Shown here: piece by piece, positions 1 through 12,500 of the stretch
Layout: each line of letters starts with the position of its first letter
How positions within the stretch are numbered: position 1 is the stretch's first letter
Assembly: GCF_036321535.1 (NCBI RefSeq)
Contig: NC_087447.1
Coordinates: 34,908,001 to 34,972,000, forward strand
Reading direction: 5' to 3'
Origin: Camelus dromedarius
Taxonomy: Eukaryota
Length of the DNA stretch: 64,000 nucleotides
Program-made: the position numbers and the translations under genes
Notes under the pieces: model-generated
Database searches by the model: none
Seen by the model: the letters and a program-made list of their open reading frames with translations, nothing else
Told to the model about the DNA's origin: nothing

Positions 1-39
1 ACTTAGAATTAACCCAACTCTTAGGCAGTCCTTCTCCCT

Positions 40-410
40 CTCTCTGCTCCAGCCATAGTAAAAGCTAACCTCTTTTCTGTCTCAGGGCCTTTGCACTTGC
101 AGTTCCCTGCACCAGAAATGCTCTTCCCCTGGTTCTTGTCGAGTCTGGCTCCTTTTCATCCTCCAGGGCTCAGCTTAAACATCTCCCCCCATAACTCCAG
201 ATCCCATCCCCTATTGATTTCCATCATGGTAAGCTTCACAGCCTGTAACTATTTTATTTAGTCATTGTTTTCTTGCTTTTTGACTTTTTCCATGTTGGGT
301 TTTGCCATCCATGAGGGTAGAGACCACAAAACTTTCACCCACCGCTGACTCCTCCATTGCCTGGCAGAGCTCCTGGCATTCGAAGTATATTTCTGGAATG
401 AACAAATGAG
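40..410 (+). mobile_element. LINE-2 3' fragment
   Basis: L2-like 'ctcagggcctttgcacttgcagttccc...aatgctcttcccc' and degenerate tail 'gaatgaacaaatgag'. Confidence 0.6.
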
Positions 411-1149
411 CTCCCGCAGATGGGAGCCAGTGTGGATCTTAGGGATGATTTAGCCCAGCAGCTTTCAAATTCTATATTTAGCATAGAACCTCCTTCCAAA
501 TGGAATCTTAAACAGAACCTCAGAGCTGAGACACAGCAGATGTGTGCCCTGCCCTTCTGGTTCTGTCCTAGTGCCACCAAGAGCCCCAACTGAGCTGAGG
601 ATGCCATGGGCTCTTGAGAAACCCCCCAGGTGGCTGAGTTGTCAGGAACTGCCCCTCAGCTTAGCATTTCTCTGGCTGATGCCTCTCCTATGATCCTTAG
701 AATGGAAGAAGGCTGGGAACATGGCATTTTGAATTGTCACAAGCAATTTAGGAAGTGGTTAGAGGTAAATGTTTTGGAGGAAATCTTCACATGGAAACAT
801 ATCTGAGAACCTAATGGCTCACTCCTGGGGTGTGTGTGAGCTCCTTGGTTTTTACTTCAAAGCATGGCAAGTGATTGTGGGCTCAGGCACACTGGGAGAA
901 TTCCTGGAAGCTCTGTATACCCAGAGGACCACCCCCTTCTGACACTAGGCAGCACAGCCCAGTAGGCCCAAATGAAGGATGAGACAGCAGAGGCCTGGTT
1001 CTCAGAGCAGCTGGGTGCCCCGGAAGGGGCCTAGTTGTGTTGAACATCTTTTATGCCCCACTTCACATCTCCTAGGCTCACCTTTTCAACCTTGGCCATT
1101 GCTGTGGCAACCAGCGGTAAAACAGCTATCCAGAACATCTCTTGCTTTC

Positions 1150-1370
1150 TGATGGCGACTTATTAGCTGTGTGATCTTGGGCAAGTTGCTTACCCTCTCT
1201 GTATCTCACATTCGTCATGTGGAAAAAGGGGATGATAAGGGTACTTGCTTTATATGGGTGTAATAAAGATTGTATGAGTTACTAAACGTGAAGTGCTTAT
1301 AACAATGCCTGGCACAGAGTAAGTACTACTGAGAAAAGAGACATTGCTATCATTATTATTATTATTACTC
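1150..1370 (+). mobile_element. MIR SINE
   Basis: MIR core 'ttattagctgtgtgatcttgggcaagttgctta...' and 3' end 'gtgcttataacaatgcctggcacagagtaag' followed by a (TAT)n tail. Confidence 0.8.
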
Positions 1371-3628
1371 CGTCTAGGACTGGATGCTAGAGGAGGGAGA
1401 CCAGGCTTCCTAGCTCCGAGTCTGCTAAGTTGGAGCCTGACTTGCCGAGGATGGGAGTTGACTGCAGCCCTCGGACCTATGGGTGGGAATGAGGTGGAGA
1501 GGACAGGAACCACCATTTCTGGAAGGTGCGAAATGTCAGTTCTCATAACACCTCAGGAGAAGATGCTCTTGCTCTCTAATTTTTAGAGGTGATGAAACCA
1601 AGGCTTAGAGAGCTTGCGAGAGTTGCCCGTGGTCCCGTGGCCAGGAGTGGCTAACCAAGTCTCCAGCCAGGCCCTGTGAACCTGGGCCTGGTCCCCGTGG
1701 CCACCATGGGAGGCTGCAGAGGCACAGAAGGAAAGGAAGAGTCCCTGTTGTTTGCTGATGGGTAGTGTCCAGAGGTGGCAGAGAGGTGCCTCCCAGCCCC
1801 CTAGACCTGCCCACAAACACCCAGGGGATCAGCAGTCAGGGCTGAGAGGAAGGTAGGTCCTGAATACTGCCTCCCTGATGTACAGCCAGGGGGCTGGGCT
1901 CTGGGGGAGGTGGGCGGGGGATAAGGGTCTGTTGGAAAGTGTGACAGGCCAGGAGTCAGGAGCTGGATTTCAGTCCTGGCTCCCTGCGCAAATCCCAGGA
2001 CCTAAAACAGGGCCCACCAGGCAATGGGTGTTCGATCAGTATTTGTTGAATAAATGGATGAATGAACCAATGAATGAATGATGTGGTCCCTGGTCTCAGG
2101 GGTTTTCCAACCTGGAGGACAGGCTCATAAATGTCACTATAGAGCAGCATGTGTCAAACCTATGGGGCAACACACACAGGGGCTACAGGATTCAGCGAGG
2201 AGATCGTCCCTGTGAGCCAGGGTATATTCCAAAAGGGGAATTTGATTGATTCTGTTGGATAAAGGGGATTCCAGCAGCAGAGAAAAGGGCCGAGCACCGA
2301 GCACTAGGAAGCCTGCACACACGGAGGCTTGGAGGCAGGAACTGTTTGGCCTTTGAAAGTCATGTGAGAAGGTGGTTTGGTACAAGTATCCTTATGTTCT
2401 GTTCAATATTTTGCTCCAGCAAGCCCTTCCCCTGCATGCTCCCAACATAACTCCAAACAGGACAGTTCTCTGTAAATTGGGCATGAGCCCAACTCCCCAA
2501 CACTGGTTTTCTAAAGTCCAGCCCCGTACAAGGAGCTGGTTTAGCACAGAGAACTGGAGGCCCCAGGGGTCTCCTCCATCTAGCAACCCCTCCCTCAGGG
2601 AGCTGTAGGCCCAGGCTGAACCCAGGCCCAGGCCCCGCCTCTGCCCTCCTCCCGGGCTGGCTGCCCAGACCATCACCATGGGGTTCACGCACACCCCACC
2701 GCCCCACCCTGGCCAATCCCAGCAGGTACCTCGCCCTGTCCCACCCTGGCCAAACACTGCAGAGGAAAACTACAGAAAACCAGACTGGCAGGCCTCACCC
2801 CGGTAGCAGCCAGGCCTTAAGGAATTCGGGGAGGGGAGGGTGACACGGAAGTCACTAGGGCTCCCTGAAGCCAGAAAGACACGAAAAGGAGCTGTTCTCT
2901 CTGGGACCTAAGAGACCATGAGACCAAATGGCCCAGTGAGAGTTAAGAGAATTACACCAGCTATTACAACCCTTTACATCCTTATAGGGCTCTGCAGTTT
3001 ACAGCCCACGTTTACACGAGGTGTCGGCTCTAACAGAGACAGAGCAACAGTTGGAAGAGCGGGGTCCCACCCACTGCCGGCCCCAAAGACTCATGGGGAC
3101 AGACCTGGGCTGAGCGGCTTCAGACCCTGCTGGACGTGGGGACTTGGCTTTCAGGACCAAGCTTCAGAGGCCTTGCGGAAGTGTGGGGAGGGAATGGGAT
3201 AATAAAGACGGTGGTGAGGAAGGTGAACACGTTGTTGATAATCACAGGGCTTTTACCCCGTGCTGTGGACTCCCTTGCCTTTGAGTACCTCGCAACAACC
3301 CTACAGGCGGGCATCAATCACCACGTCACAAGAGGAAACTGAGAGTCCGTGAGGTTATGCAACTTAACTGTTAGCCAAGTTATGTTAGTTAGTAATCCTG
3401 GTAGATCCAGGCTCTGAGACTGGGAATGACATTCCAGAGGTTGATTTCATAGACACTCCCCTACACTGCCAGGAATAGCTGTGCTCACTGCCATCCCTGA
3501 ATAACCAGCCGGAAATAACATGGGTCCCTTCACTATCCTACTTTAAATTAGACCTCTTCCCAAACTTCATGGACGTGAGCCCCCTGCTGGCCAGTCAAGG
3601 AAGACATGAGCCCCATAATAGTCATTGA

Positions 3629-3647
3629 CTGCCACCTAGTGGCGCCA
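3629..3647 (-). promoter_or_regulatory. CTCF motif
   Basis: Minus strand reads tggcgCCACTAGGTGGCAG, matching the CTCF core CCASYAGRKGGCRS. Confidence 0.7.
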
Positions 3648-3989
3648 TGTGGAATGTCACATTTCTTTTCTATCTCCTCTTCATCTGATGTGTTATTTTC
3701 AATAACCAAAAGCCAAAATGTTAAAAAAAAAAATTGCCCTTGACTTCTCCCTGCTTCGGCATCCCTAAGAAGAAGTGCAGAAAGATGTTATTCCAATTTT
3801 ATGAATGATTAAAAGAAGATCCAAGGAAATTAAGCAGCTTCTTGAAGGTCACACAATGAGGACTGTATAGAAGTTAAGGGTCACAGTTACTCAAAGTGTG
3901 ACCTTGAGTAAGACATTTTATTATTTGTTTTTGGTGGGCACCAAAAACTCCCTCTGTGACAAAAACAATTTTTTCTTGGATTTATTTAA

Positions 3990-4950
3990 TAAAAAGTCCC
4001 TCCTTTACCCATTTATCTCCCATGCTCACTCTACCGTATTTCAAAATTTGGTATTTGACTGAACCTGCTTCTGGGCTGTCTTTTCTAATCTACTGGTCAG
4101 TTTGTCCACCTCTAGGTCTGTACCATATAGTCCTAACTATGACAGCTTTATAATAGAGTGCAGGTCCTTTCTCCCCTGCTTCTGTTTTGGGATCATACTA
4201 TCTATTCTTGATGTTTCTTTTTAAATTTAAAACTCAGTTTATCAATGCTTCATATAATTCTATTGAGATTTTTATTGGAGTTGCATTGAGTATATAATAG
4301 GGAAATTGGAGAGAATTCATATCTTTATAATGTTAAAATTTCTTATCCATGAGCATGTGCTATCCCTTCATTTACTAAGGTAATCTTCAATGTCATTCAA
4401 AAAATTTTCTTAAGTTTCTACATATAGGGTTGTATACATTTTCTTTTAGATTTATTCCTAATTGCATTTTTGAGATTATAAATGGTTCTTTTTTTTAATT
4501 ATGTTTTTAATATTTTTCTATTAATATAGAAAATGTAATCATCTTGTAATTTAAGAACTTCTATATTCATTTCTATACTCATTTTATAACCATAAATATT
4601 AATATAACTACATTATATCTTTTTTGATTACCTAGTGGTGCCCCTCTATATGGTTTAGTTCCTTGTATGGTGGTTGGATATTTATTCTGGTGAGAGCTTA
4701 ATCTATTTTGTCTTGGGATCTTCTGTCCTGAGTAAACAGCATTGCCTCCCCCCTACTTCTTCACTGCCTCCCAATGAATGCAGTCTATGGAGATCCAACC
4801 ATATGCTATTTATGAGATATTAACTTAAAACCTAGGGATACAAGAAGATTAAAAGTAAAGGAATGGAAAAAGATTCACTAGGTAAACACTTAAAAAAATT
4901 TTTTGAATGACATTAAAGATTACCTTAGTAAATGAAGGGATAGCACATGT
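3990..4950. mobile_element. Old L1 fragments (minus-strand ORF2 piece ~3990-4560; plus-strand piece ~4780-4950)
   Basis: AT-rich L1M-like text such as 'gagattttattggagttgcattga' and 'atatgctatttatgagatattaacttaaaa...gattaaaagtaaaggaatggaaaaagat'. Confidence 0.65.
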
Positions 4951-4951
4951 T

Positions 4952-5473
4952 CAAGATGGCAATAGAAAGCATGCCAGGCAGCCACTACTGGGAGCTGTGC
5001 TGTACCCAGTGATCAGGCTGAGGCTGGACACACACACACCATAAACATACACACAGTGAGTTCCGGCTCTGGGTGCCCAGAAGCAAGAGAGTTGTGCAGA
5101 TTACAGCTGCCCTTCTGAAAAGAGCCACTAGCAGGAATAGACACCGAGCAGAATACACAGCAGCTAATGAGTACTGGGCCCGAGTGCCAGGTTTGCCAGA
5201 GCATGAAGACAGCAGAGAGGTAGTACTTGTGGCTGACAGCCAGCAGGATGCTCAGGTCCAGAGTGCGGGAGAAGAAGGTGGCATGGATGACAGTGTGAGG
5301 CACTAGGAAAGCACCTTGCATCCCAGACTTCCTGGTTAAAGAAGATCAGCACACGGGAAAGGAGGAGGCTGTCAGTGGAGGACAGGGATGTAGAAGCCCA
5401 GTCCACTTGTCACTCAGCCATAGAAGGCAATGAGCTAAGTCAACAAAATCCAGGTTCCTGAAAATCCAGGACC
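4952..5473 (-). pseudogene. Decayed Mas-related GPCR (MRGPR/MAS family) pseudogene, TM1 to start of TM6
   Basis: Hand translation of the minus strand across frameshifts gives, in receptor order: ILLT*LIAFYG*VTSGLGFYI (TM1), LSSTDSLLLS (TM2), FFSRTLDLSILLAVSHKYYLSAVFMLW (TM3), VCVSSLSLIT (TM5), VQHSSQ*WLPGMLSIAIL (ICL3/TM6). It is preceded by an acceptor ttttcag|ggtc like that of the intact gene. Confidence 0.65.
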
Positions 5474-8389
5474 CTGAAAACAATCAGAACAGGTCCTCAT
5501 TGCAGACCTCCCCGCCCGGATTCAAGGAGAAACCCTCAGAAGGACTCCCCTGGGGCCAGCGTGGTCAGGCAGGGTGGAGGGGTTGGGCCCACAGTCAGGG
5601 ATCTTCTAGCTGTTCCTGGACATCCCTTAGAACAAAAAATGTGTGGAAATACACCGGAATCTTCTTGTCACTGTCTTCACAAAGTATGTAGAGGTATTTA
5701 CAAATATCGCACTTACTAATATCCTTTGTTCATAAACCCCTGGTCCCAACAAGTGTCCTCAGCCCAACTCCAGGGAACTGTTTCTTCAGCTGTTCCTTCA
5801 GCTGTCAACAGCACTACTGGGACCTACTCTTCCCAGCCCATTCCCCTTTCCTTTGTCCCCACACTTTTGCTACCAAAGGACCAGATACCCGCTGCTCGGT
5901 TTCCCTCCTGGGGTCTGGATGCACACCCCGGAGCTGGCGGCCAATTCAAGGAAGCATCTGACACTAGGACTCCAGCTCTAACTCCAGCAGACGCTCTCCG
6001 GAGACCTTCGAAGCCCTGCGCCTCCTGCGTCTCCCATGCTCCTCACACTTCTCCGAGGCCCCAGACTAAGCTGTTAGGAAAAGAACTGGGGCCTTACAGA
6101 GGGCCGACAAACTGTTGGTGATGGGAAGGCCTGGGGTTGTGGGCATGGATAAGCAAGACATACAGAACCAGGGACAGAAAGAAGGAAAGCAGAATTAGAG
6201 CCATGTGGAGATAGACACAAAGACAGCTGAAAACCCAGAGTCAGAGACAGGCAGAGACAGGGACAGGCAGACAGAGGCACAGAGCAAACCCATCCAGTGG
6301 GCCACGTGTTAGGCAGAAAGCCATCACCTTGATCGTGAAGCAAGAGGCTCCACTAGAGTCAGTCCAAGCAGCGATTTGGCTGCTATGGTCTTTCAGAATT
6401 GAGCAACCAGCAGGGCCTGGTCCTGTGCCTCCAGCGGTCACAGCCTCAGACAGTGCCCCAACATATCCTTGAAAACACACTGCCTTTTCTGAAATGTGAG
6501 ATTATCAGTGCAGTTCCCGCCCCAGCAAGATCACCCAATGGTGAAGGAGTCAAAGGGAGGGCTCTGTGGTGGAAGGGGCAGTGCCAGCACCAGGGAGGAG
6601 CCTAGAGTTACACTCCCTGCTCTCTGTCTGATGGGTATGTGACATAGACATGGCAAGTGCCCTCCCTGACTCTCAGTTTTCCCAAATGTAATGTGGTCAC
6701 TAAGGTCCCCTCCACCTAGGACATCTGGCATCCATGAGCCTTGGAGAGACACCGATGGAATGAAAGAAACAAACAGGGGTCAGCACAATGCTGGGAGCTT
6801 TAGGAAAGAAAGGAACACCAAGGTATAGTGGACACATGCCTTTCACAGCTAAGAGGGTGCTTACACTAAATTGAATACGATCATATCAAATAGGAAAAGT
6901 CAACCAGAGCAGCATGCAGTCCAAGCCAAGATATCCACATATCCCCAGAATGTAACTTTAACAGGCACTGGGATTTTTGTCTGTGATGTTCACTCCTTCT
7001 CCCCAGTGCCTACAACAGTGCCTGGCACAAAATAGTCATTCAATAAATATGTGTGAATAAATTTATGTGATGCTTAGAAGAAAAAGAAATTCCAACTAGG
7101 AAAACTAGAACACTGGTTGTCACAACTTTCCACCCCTAGAGTTCCCCCAGGCCATGTTCCCTGACAGCAGATCTGAATGGCAGACAGATGGGAGGACACG
7201 GAATGAAGGATAAAGAAAGGAGCTGGCTCTCCCCACTGGCCGCAGGCTTCTCTGACCACACAGCTCCTAGGAGTCCTAGAACTCCTGTCTGCATGATCCT
7301 CTGACTTTCTAAAGAACCCAGCCCTTGTCTGAGCGAGCAGAGTTTGAGCTAAAAGACAAAGGAATCGAAAGAAAATTCAGTAAGTCTTTATCTTCCTTCT
7401 TTTTATACCAGCAGAAAGTCAGCTCAGAGCTGCCTTGAAGCAGGAGGTCCTTCCTGGAGCCCCTGACCCTGCAGCGAGCTTCTGGTTCTCTGGCTGGGAA
7501 AGCCCTGGAGCAGCTGCTGCCTTTTCTGGTGCCATTGAGAGACTGAGAAGTCGTGTGACTTCCTGTGCGAGGACCACGCTTGCTCTCACGAGGGATTCTC
7601 TAACCTCCAGCTCTCCCCAGCTTGCCTCCTTCTCTGATGCCTTGACTGTTCTTCCCTCCATCCAGCCAGTTCAGCTAAGCTTGATCCAGTCCCCCAGCTC
7701 CCCATGGCTGGGTCACCATAGATTGACTGTCATTCTGATTACGCAGCCAGAGTCTTCCATCCCTGGTCAAGAAGAGACAAGAGACTGGTGAGGCCCACTC
7801 TCCAAAGGGCATTTTATAGAAAGGATTTTGCAACCAGAAAATTTCCTGTCCCCACTTCCAACTTCAGTGTCACCTGCTTCTTCTTTCCTGGACTCCCCTG
7901 TGATTCTCTGTCACTGTGATCTGCTCCCCCATTCCCTCAACACATTGCATCCCAAATCCAAATCATACAGGAATTGGGAGACTAAATCAATGACAGGGGA
8001 GTTCTACTTTCCACAGGGGCTGGGCTTCTTAAACGGTGGGGCAATTTTAAAGTGGAATTTAACCTTTCAGATAGTCTTGGTCTCCATTTTGTTTTGCTTG
8101 TATACTGGCAGAGGCCTCTCACAGTTAAGCTCTGAAAGTTCTCTGCCCAGAATGACTTCCCCACTCTCACATCTCTGGGTCATCTACTCAATCATTAATT
8201 CAGGCATTCTTGCAGACACAAACGCAAGCACTTAAAAAAATATTTGCTGAGTATAGGTCAGGCACTATCTCAGGCCCTGGGACTCAAAGACATGTTGATT
8301 ATTCTCAAAGAGCTCACAATGCAATGGGAGAGAAATATGTCTTCAGATGCTTAAAGTACTATGTGATAAATGCTTTGATATGGACATTT

Positions 8390-8690
8390 TTGTAGCTGCA
8401 TGAACAAAGGACAGAGCCAAATTCAACTAGTTCTAGCAAAAACGGAACATTATTGGTTCAGATAACTGGGAGTCCAGACATACTAGATAACGTCGCTCCA
8501 GACATAGTAGGATCCAGAGTTCCAATGACATCATCAAGATATCCCCCTTTTCTGATTTCACTGCATCTGCTTGGCTTTCAGTGGTTAGTAATAATTGCAA
8601 GGACTGGCATGAGAAGAGGCCCAGACACAGGGATGAGCCACCCACTTCCAAAATATCTATCTGTGCAGCTCATGTAGTAAAATCAGCTAC
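8390..8690 (-). mobile_element. MaLR (MLT1-type) LTR fragment
   Basis: 'aaattcaactagttctagcaaaaacggaacattattggttcagataactgggagtccag...gatccagagttccaatgacatcatcaag' resembles reverse MLT1. Confidence 0.55.
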
Positions 8691-9399
8691 ACACACACAC
8701 ACACCCCCTCCCTGCAACACAACTCCCCAACAAAGCTGTCCTTTACAGGGATTTTCTAAATGATGCTGCCTTGCATTCTCAATTCTAATGGAAAGAATAC
8801 ATAACACAGAATTTGGGGCCATGGAGAGGCACCTAGATTGATGAGTATATCACAGTGATGAAAAGGGAGCCTCTGGGAACCACTGAGGACCTGATGGATG
8901 ACAGTCATCCTGGGATCAAGTTTGGCCTCAGGGAGATCCCCATTTGAGGTTTCCTCTCTCTTTGGTGCAAAACAAATCCAAGGGAAGGGGAAGGTACAGG
9001 AAGGAGAGAAGCCTCCACAGGTGCAAGAGATTTTCATTTTAGATTCATCACAAGTGGAAAGCACCTCATTTTACAGATGAGGAACTAAGGTTCCACAATT
9101 AATTATCAAACTGGAAATATACAACGTATTACAAAATGGCATAAATAGCTGAATACTTAGTGTGCATATACCAAAGTATTTATGCAGTTGTTTCTACGTA
9201 GAAGTATGACTAGAGATTAGATTTTCCTCTATATTCTGTATGTTCTTCTCCCGGCAGCCTGAAAGACTTTTCTGAAGCACAGAGCTGAACTGGTTACTTC
9301 CTGGCTTAAATTCCTTGAATGGATCTCCTTTGCTCTCAGAATGAGTTTCATATTTCCTATTATGGCCACAACAAGCCCTGCATGCTCTCTCAGGGATAG

Positions 9400-10900
9400 A
9401 AGATAGACTTTTAGAACAATCCAAAGGTGGGATGTCTAACAGGAGTGCCCTATGAAAAGTTGGGGCCTCAAAAGACTAAACCTTTAGTATATTTCTCACT
9501 AGTGAGAAATAAAACCACCAAGAAATTGATCAAGCTTAGATCTGGGTGAGGAGAAATTTTCTCTTGAGAATTTGTAGCCACGAGACACATTGTGGTCCAA
9601 ATTCGCACAAGCTATGGTCTCCCTAAAACATCAAATGACAGGTGGGGTTTCTGGGGACATCCTGATAGAGGAGAGCCATGCTGGGAATTTCCCCCAGTCA
9701 ATTAGCAAAAGAAGGTACAAGTCTTCTCTGGAGGAACTCAATTATAATTCAGACCTCCAAGAATTCCCACAAATAAAGTCCCAAGGAAAGTGAGCAGGCA
9801 ACAGTCAAAAATTACAAATACATATAGAAACAAGGCACCATATGAATGTGACAGAAGAAACAAGAGATGGTAAAATCAGACATACGTAGACTTCAGCGTT
9901 GGAATTATCAGATGGAGAATTATAATACTGCTATAGTGAACAGGGTTAGACATAAAAGAGAGAATTCACAATGTGAGCCAGCATCAGAAGCAAGACAAAA
10001 AATGGCAAAGCAAATTTAAAAACAAAATCTCAAGTCCAACTTCTAGAGATTAATAACATGAAAATTGAATTTAACGTTCAGTGGCTGGATTAAACAGAAG
10101 ATTAGACACAATGGAAAAGAGACCAGTAACCTGGAAGATACACCTGTAGAAATTACCCAGAAAGCTGCCTAGGAGACAAAAAGATGGAAAATAAGAAAGA
10201 GACATTAAGCGATACGGAGACTAGAAACTCTAATATATGTCGAATGAGACTTCCAGAGAAATAATAAGAAGAAAATGATCATAAGAGCTAACAAGTATGT
10301 AGTACTGACAATATATCCCTGTCACAACAAACCAATAAGTAGGTAATAATGTCATCCCCATTTTATAGATGAGGAAATTGAAACATTGAGAAGTTACAAC
10401 TGTCTAAGGTCACTCAGAGATGCCAAGTAGCCTGGCTCCAGAATTTGTGTTCTTAACCACAACACAGTATTTGAAGGGAAAGAGCAGAAAATTGTTCAGA
10501 AATGTGAAATGACAGCAATCTTGAAATCCAGGAAACACCACAAACCCCAAGCTTGATATAAAAAGAAAGCCACTAGACACATTTTGGAGAAAGGAAAGCC
10601 CCAGAGAAAAAGGAAATCTCTTAGAAAGAAAAAAAGGCAGATCACTGCAAGTGAATGGCAACTTGACTGATGGCCAATCTCACAACAGCAAGTGGCAGCC
10701 AAAGATAGTGGATGTTCAACGTGCCAGCGGACAGTAACTGTCACCCTATACGATTTCAGCCTGGAAAAACCACCTCTAGAAAATGAGGGTGGACAATGAA
10801 AGTTCCAGACAGAGACAAATTAGAGCCCTCCCCACCCCTAGACTCTCATGAAAGGAACTTCTAAAGAGCATATTTCAAGGAATGGAAGATGTGAGATGTG
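9400..10900 (+). mobile_element. Ancient L1/HAL1 5' region and ORF1 remnant, interrupted by a MIR (~10300-10470)
   Basis: A-rich ORF1-like text ('gtggctggattaaacagaagattagacaca...ctggaagata...gaaattacccaga'); MIR 'tcatccccattttatagatgaggaaattga'. Confidence 0.6.
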
Positions 10901-11699
10901 AAATGGGAGAACAGAGTCAAAATAACGTACTGGAGCACAGTAGGTTGGGAAGAAGAAGAGAGAAGCTAAGGCTTTCTAAGGTCTTGGTGTTGTTTGTGAG
11001 GAAGGTAGACTTCTGAGGACAGCTGTACAGTTTGTACACTGCACCAAAGTACAAGGTAGAGGAGGGGGATGGCGGCTGAAATACCATCTGCTGGTTAACC
11101 CTTGTGTCCAGGTGCAGGGCTGTGATGACATAGCTACCACACTGCGGGTGGCCCTCAGACTTGACACAAATCTGTAAAATTGCTACAGCAGTTGCCTGGA
11201 AAATAGGGTGTAAAACTTTTAGAAGAGTTGAACACACACACACAGAAAAAAACCGTCTTCTGAAAAACCAGTGACGTTCCGGGCGGTACCAAAGAACCTC
11301 CTCTTCTGCTCCCATCTTTTGAGAAATCTTTTAAGAACAGGAAGATTTAGAGACCTGTTCCTGGTAAGCTGATGATCTTAATGACTCTTCCCTCAGTTTC
11401 CACAGGGCTGCAGCAGCACCTCTCACCACGGCAGGTCTGTGTAAAGAGTCCTGTGAGCAACTTCCCTTGTGGGGCAAGGTTGTGCTTGGGAGCGCCAAGC
11501 ACAAGGGCGTGCCGCTTTCCTCACGCACTCTCCGACACACAGCACCCAGCTTTTGGATATTTGAAAATCCAGAGGTGAAAAGATCTCGACAGAAATTCAA
11601 TTACCCTTTCTCATCAGTATGAGAGCAGGTTTTAGCATTTTTTCCCTCATGTTTAAGAAACATGGATTTTCTAGGAACTGAGTTGGTCATTTTCTGATT

Positions 11700-12500
11700 A
11701 GGTTGTTAGGGTTCTTTCTCAGTAATGTGTAGGAGATTAGATATAGACATAGATTTTTTTTGTCCAAGATATGCATTATAAATATTTTTCCCAGTTTGTT
11801 ATTTGACTTGTTTATGGTGGTCTTTTCCATGCAGAAAAGGTTTAATTTTTAATTCTTTTTAATCAGTATTTTTATTTATGGCTTCTGAGTTTTGTGTCAT
11901 GCTTAGGAAGATCTTCCCCAGTCTAGGATTATAAAATAATTTTCCCACGTTTTCATCTAATTCTGTATGCTTTCCTTATTTAAATATGCAATTCATTTGA
12001 AAGTTAACACTGTGTAAGATGTGAGGTATGATTCCTACGAAACTTTACCCTTGATGGCTTCCCAGTTGCCCAATAATGTTTATTAACTTATTATTTTTAA
12101 GATTTTATCTCTGCCCCCTCTCATTTGGAATGGCCCCTCTATCACATGCTGGATTCCATATGCATTTACATTTGATTCCTGAGACTTTCTGCCTTGCTCC
12201 ATCAATCTCTCTGCCTGTTTTGTTTTGTTTTGTTTTGTTTTTTTATGTTACCGCCTCACTGTTGTATTCACTGAGGCTTTAGAATACATTCTAATATCTG
12301 GGAAAGCTGAGCAGTCCTTATTGCTTTCTTTTTTTTTTTCTCCAGAAGTAGTTGAGCTTTCATTTTATTGTATTTTCTAACTTTTCCTATATAGGAAAGC
12401 TATTGTTTTCTGCAGAGTAATTTTGTACCTAGCTACTTTTCTGAGCTACCTGCCTTTGTGGTTGTTTCTCAAGTTGATTCTCTGGGCTTTTCCAGGTATT
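11700..12500 (-). mobile_element. Old L1 ORF2 fragment
   Basis: T-rich L1M-like text 'ggcttctgagttttgtgtcatgcttaggaagatcttcccc' and 'gttgattctctgggcttttccaggta'. Confidence 0.6.

Noticed and set aside
5073..5306. Plus-strand acidic ORF suggesting a processed pseudogene
   Set aside because: No recognisable protein; better explained as the antisense of the GPCR relic.
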